From: an uncultured Acidobacteriota bacterium
GTDB lineage: Bacteria; Actinomycetota; Acidimicrobiia; Spongiisociales; ZC4RG35
Length of the DNA: 64,000 nt
Direction: 5' to 3'
Assembly (NCBI GenBank): GCA_963848695.1
Contig: CAWKEI010000018.1
Span: 140,110 to 204,109, forward strand
Both the position numbers and the translations under genes were made by a program. This document shows positions 61,338 to 64,000 of the stretch, one piece after another (the first letter of the stretch is position 1; each line of letters opens with the position of its first letter). The notes below the pieces were generated by a model. It worked only from the letters and a program-made list of their open reading frames with translations, was not told the DNA's origin and ran no database searches.

Positions 61338-62001
61338 ATGACCAGGCCCCCACCCAGGGAAGGACGGGCGAAGCCGACTTCGGTCAGACCGGCGTTCACC
61401 CAGATCTCAGCCAAATCCTCCGGCGGGAATCTGTCGGCGAAGTCCTCGATGTTCGGGCCGAGGAATCTGCCGACCTCGGGCCACCCCTCTCCGGCGAAAT
61501 AGCCGGCCACGGGGAGGAAGAGACGGGTGTACAGCCACCACAGGGGTCGCCAGATTCCCCGGGGGCGCCCGAACTCCACCATCCCGACACGGCCGCCGGG
61601 CTTCACGATCCGGCTGATCTCGGCCATGCATCCCCCGACGTCTCCCACGTAGCGAAGGAGATAGCCGAGAGTGACGACATCGAAATGGTCATCGGGAAAC
61701 GGCAGCCACTCGGCCGAGGCGAGGACCCCGGTAGCCCCTCCGCGACGGCAGGCCCGAGCATCTGATGGCTCTGATCGAGGGAGATGACGGTGGCGCCGGC
61801 TTCCTGGAGCAGCCGCGTGATCGAGCCGGTGCCCGCCGCGATGTCGAGGGCGACATCACCCCGCCGGGCATCCACCTGGCTCACCATTAGGGCTCGCCAA
61901 CGGCCGTCCTGGCCCATGCTGAGTATGCGTGCCCAACGCTCGTAGCCTGGGGCCAACGGGGCAAACAGCCCACGGGCGAGACGAGGGGGAGAGGCAGTCA
62001 C
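61319..62001 (-). pseudogene. Class I SAM-dependent methyltransferase (UbiE/MenG/COQ5-like) with a single-base deletion frameshift
   Basis: N-terminal part ...DVALDIAAGTGSITRLLQEAGATVISLDQSHQML (SAM motif I) in one frame. C-terminal part TGVLASAEWLPFPDDHFDVVTLGYLLRYVGD...VKPGGRVGMVEF in the -1 frame. The junction lies at a CCCC run near 61736. Confidence 0.65.
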
Positions 62002-62150
62002 CTGTGGGACGGTACCGATCGCATTACTGGGCTTCGAGATCTCGTTCTAAAAGAGAAGCGTGCTGACTCTACAGACAACGCCGCGCACCTCCTTCCTTCG
62101 TTTGCCACCCGCCTGCAGCGGGTAGTGGACAGGTGAACTAGGAGGTAGAA

Positions 62151-62570
62151 GTGCAGACCATTCAAGAAGTGATGACGAGAGATCCTTTGACCGTCGACGA
62201 GGGTGCTCCCGTTGGCGAGGCCGCACGCATAATGCGTGACGCCAACATTGGTGATGTCCTGGTGACCCGGCCCGATGGCAGTGTCTGCGGGATAGTGACC
62301 GATCGCGACCTCGCGATTGGCGTGCTCGCCGAGGAAAAAGACCCGGGGTCGATCGTGCTGCGGGACATCTGTAACCACAGGATCGAGTCGGTTCAGTCGG
62401 GGGACCCGGTGGGCCGCGCGGTGAAATTGATGAGCGAGCAGGCCATCCGCCGTCTTCCAGTCATCGACGATGGCAACTTGGTTGGCATCGTCACGCTGGG
62501 CGATCTGGCGATGGAGCGTGACCCCCAGTCAGCTCTGGCCAACATCAGCGAGGCCCCGCCGAACAACTAG
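62151..62570 (+). CDS. CBS domain-containing protein
   Basis: 139 aa. Two CBS motifs (GIVTDRDL..., GIVTLGDL...). AGGAGG SD precedes the GTG start, after a local AT-rich stretch. Confidence 0.85.
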   Translation: MQTIQEVMTRDPLTVDEGAPVGEAARIMRDANIGDVLVTRPDGSVCGIVTDRDLAIGVLAEEKDPGSIVLRDICNHRIESVQSGDPVGRAVKLMSEQAIRRLPVIDDGNLVGIVTLGDLAMERDPQSALANISEAPPNN

Positions 62571-62583
62571 GTACATTCACTCG

Positions 62584-63972
62584 TCAGCCGACGAGTGCCT
62601 TCTCCAGCATGTCGATGGCGTGATCGAGGTGGTCCCGGGTGGTCCTCCGGTTGAGGATCGCGAACCGGAGGACGAAGCGGTCGGCGATTGTGGTGGGGGA
62701 GAGATGGACCACCCGCTCCCGGTTGATCGTCTCCAGGGCAAGTCGGCCCAGTGCGTCGTCCTCGAAGCGGAAGGCGACGATCGACAGATCGGGCGCCCAG
62801 GGCGTCTCTAGTCCCTCGACTTCTGCGAGGCGGTCGTAGGCGTATTCGGCCAGGTCGAGGCTGGTGTCGAGTGCCTCCCGGAAAGGGGCGACACCATGCA
62901 GATGGAGAGGCAGCCACATCTGGAGCGCCCGAAATGGCCGGGTCAGCTCGGGGCCGAGGGCGGCGATGTCCCTGATCCCGGAATGATGATCTTCCTCCCG
63001 CAGGTAGGCGCCCCGCCCCTGGTTGGCGTCGATGAGGTGGGCCTCGTCCCTGACCAGGAGTGCTCCTGCGCCGAACGGGATGGAGAGCCCTTTGTGGGGG
63101 TCTACGGAAATCGAGTCGGCCCGCTCGATCCCGGTCAAGGCGGCTCGCCCCCGCTCCGTGAGCTGGAAGAAACCGCCGTAGGCGGCGTCGACATGGAGCC
63201 AAAGGCCCTCGTCGGCTGCAATACCTGCCAGATCGGGGAGGGGGTCGACAGTGCCGGTGTCGGTCGTTCCCCCTGAGGCGACGATCAGCAATGGGTCGAG
63301 CCCGTTTCGGCGGTCTTTTCTTATGGCGGTTTCGAGGGCGCCAGGGTCCATCCTGAGCTCGTCGTCGATGGCCACCGGCCGGATCTGGTCCTTCCTGAAG
63401 CCGGCGAGACGGGCTGCCTTCTCGACGGAATGATGGGTGTGCGGGGTGACGTAGATGACACCCGTGGAGAAGGCATCGCCGAGCAGACTTGTCCGGGCGG
63501 CGACTACTGCGGTGAAATTGGCCATCGACCCGCCCGACAAGATCAGACCCGAGGCCGAATCGCCCATACCGAAGAGCGAGCCCATCCACCGCACCATCCC
63601 GTGCTCGATCGCGCTCATCCCGGGCGCTGCGCCGGAGACCCCCGTGTAGCGATTCAGGCCCGCGGAGAGGAACTCGGCCAGGGCGCCGGTGTACAGCCCC
63701 GCGTTGGGGATGTAGGAGAGATGCCCGCCGGAAGGGTGAAAGACGCCCGACTTCCCGGCCTCGTCGACGTCGCTGAGTATTGCCTCCAATGGGCGGCCGT
63801 CCTCTGGGGGCGGGGACATGAGCCGTGCCGCCAGGCTCTCGTCGAGGTCGACACCCGAGGCGGGCATCGCATCCGCCCCGTCGAACCAGTCTTGGAGGAC
63901 CGCCAGGATGCTCTCGGCCAGCTCGGCGCGTTCCTGCTGGCCCGGTTCGAGGATTCCCGACATCGGGTTCAA
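62584..63972 (-). CDS. Pyridoxal-dependent decarboxylase (group II; glutamate/aromatic-L-amino-acid decarboxylase family)
   Basis: 462 aa. PLP-lysine motif SVDPHKGLSIP and SGGSMANF region. Start is TTG 63972 or ATG 63963. Confidence 0.85.
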   Translation of the reverse strand: MNPMSGILEPGQQERAELAESILAVLQDWFDGADAMPASGVDLDESLAARLMSPPPEDGRPLEAILSDVDEAGKSGVFHPSGGHLSYIPNAGLYTGALAEFLSAGLNRYTGVSGAAPGMSAIEHGMVRWMGSLFGMGDSASGLILSGGSMANFTAVVAARTSLLGDAFSTGVIYVTPHTHHSVEKAARLAGFRKDQIRPVAIDDELRMDPGALETAIRKDRRNGLDPLLIVASGGTTDTGTVDPLPDLAGIAADEGLWLHVDAAYGGFFQLTERGRAALTGIERADSISVDPHKGLSIPFGAGALLVRDEAHLIDANQGRGAYLREEDHHSGIRDIAALGPELTRPFRALQMWLPLHLHGVAPFREALDTSLDLAEYAYDRLAEVEGLETPWAPDLSIVAFRFEDDALGRLALETINRERVVHLSPTTIADRFVLRFAILNRRTTRDHLDHAIDMLEKALVG

Positions 63973-64000
63973 GGTAGCCCGGTGCGCCGTCTTCGCCCAC

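Noticed and set aside
62567-64000. 477-aa minus-strand ORF (R/P/G-rich) at the window end
   Set aside because: An alternative frame on the same strand (62584..63972) encodes a convincing PLP-dependent decarboxylase with a PLP-lysine motif.

Overview
This window is high-GC (~68-70%) actinobacterial-type chromosomal DNA with dense, mostly housekeeping coding on both strands. From left to right I can support the following. (1) A kdp locus: kdpB (partial), kdpA, kdpF and an extra coupled mini-ORF on the minus strand, divergent from two small membrane-protein genes, kdpD and kdpE on the plus strand. (2) A divergent glutamine-synthetase-like / class I glutamine amidotransferase pair. (3) An HxlR regulator followed by a molybdopterin oxidoreductase (FdhF-like) gene broken by four single-base frameshifts. 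Its neighbours (nitroreductase, lipoprotein esterase, 6-phosphogluconolactonase) each carry one frameshift as well. (4) alkA, a GNAT gene, rplY-pth, a PEP-mutase-family gene, glpK, a haloacetate-dehalogenase-like hydrolase, pgsA and an NAD-dependent epimerase. (5) The conserved actinobacterial block mfd-(lipoprotein PPIase)-mazG/yabN-eno-ftsB-DUF501-ppx, then tRNA-Leu(TAA). (6) A Pat-like GNAT/NDP-forming acyl-CoA synthetase fusion, then a degraded CMD/AhpD-like pseudogene and a DUF222-HNH (REP13E12-like) pseudogene. (7) echA, an SRPBCC gene, iscS-mnmA, ligA, a gene for a protein with a C-terminal ribbon-helix-helix (RHH)-like motif followed by DUF4097 and ABC-exporter genes, dapD-dapE, gatCAB, pyk, a VanW gene, a Cas4-like PD-(D/E)XK nuclease, an orphan ArsR, an FAH-family hydrolase, a P450, a frameshifted class I methyltransferase, a CBS gene and a PLP decarboxylase. 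No CRISPR array, rRNA or obvious intact transposon was seen. The most notable signals are (a) about 15 single-nucleotide indels, mostly in G/C runs, clustered in a few genes while long neighbouring genes are intact, (b) small membrane-protein genes translationally coupled to kdpD and to kdpF, and (c) an RHH-like/DUF4097/ABC module with a repeat-rich operator. All calls rest on reading translations by eye against known families. No database search was run.
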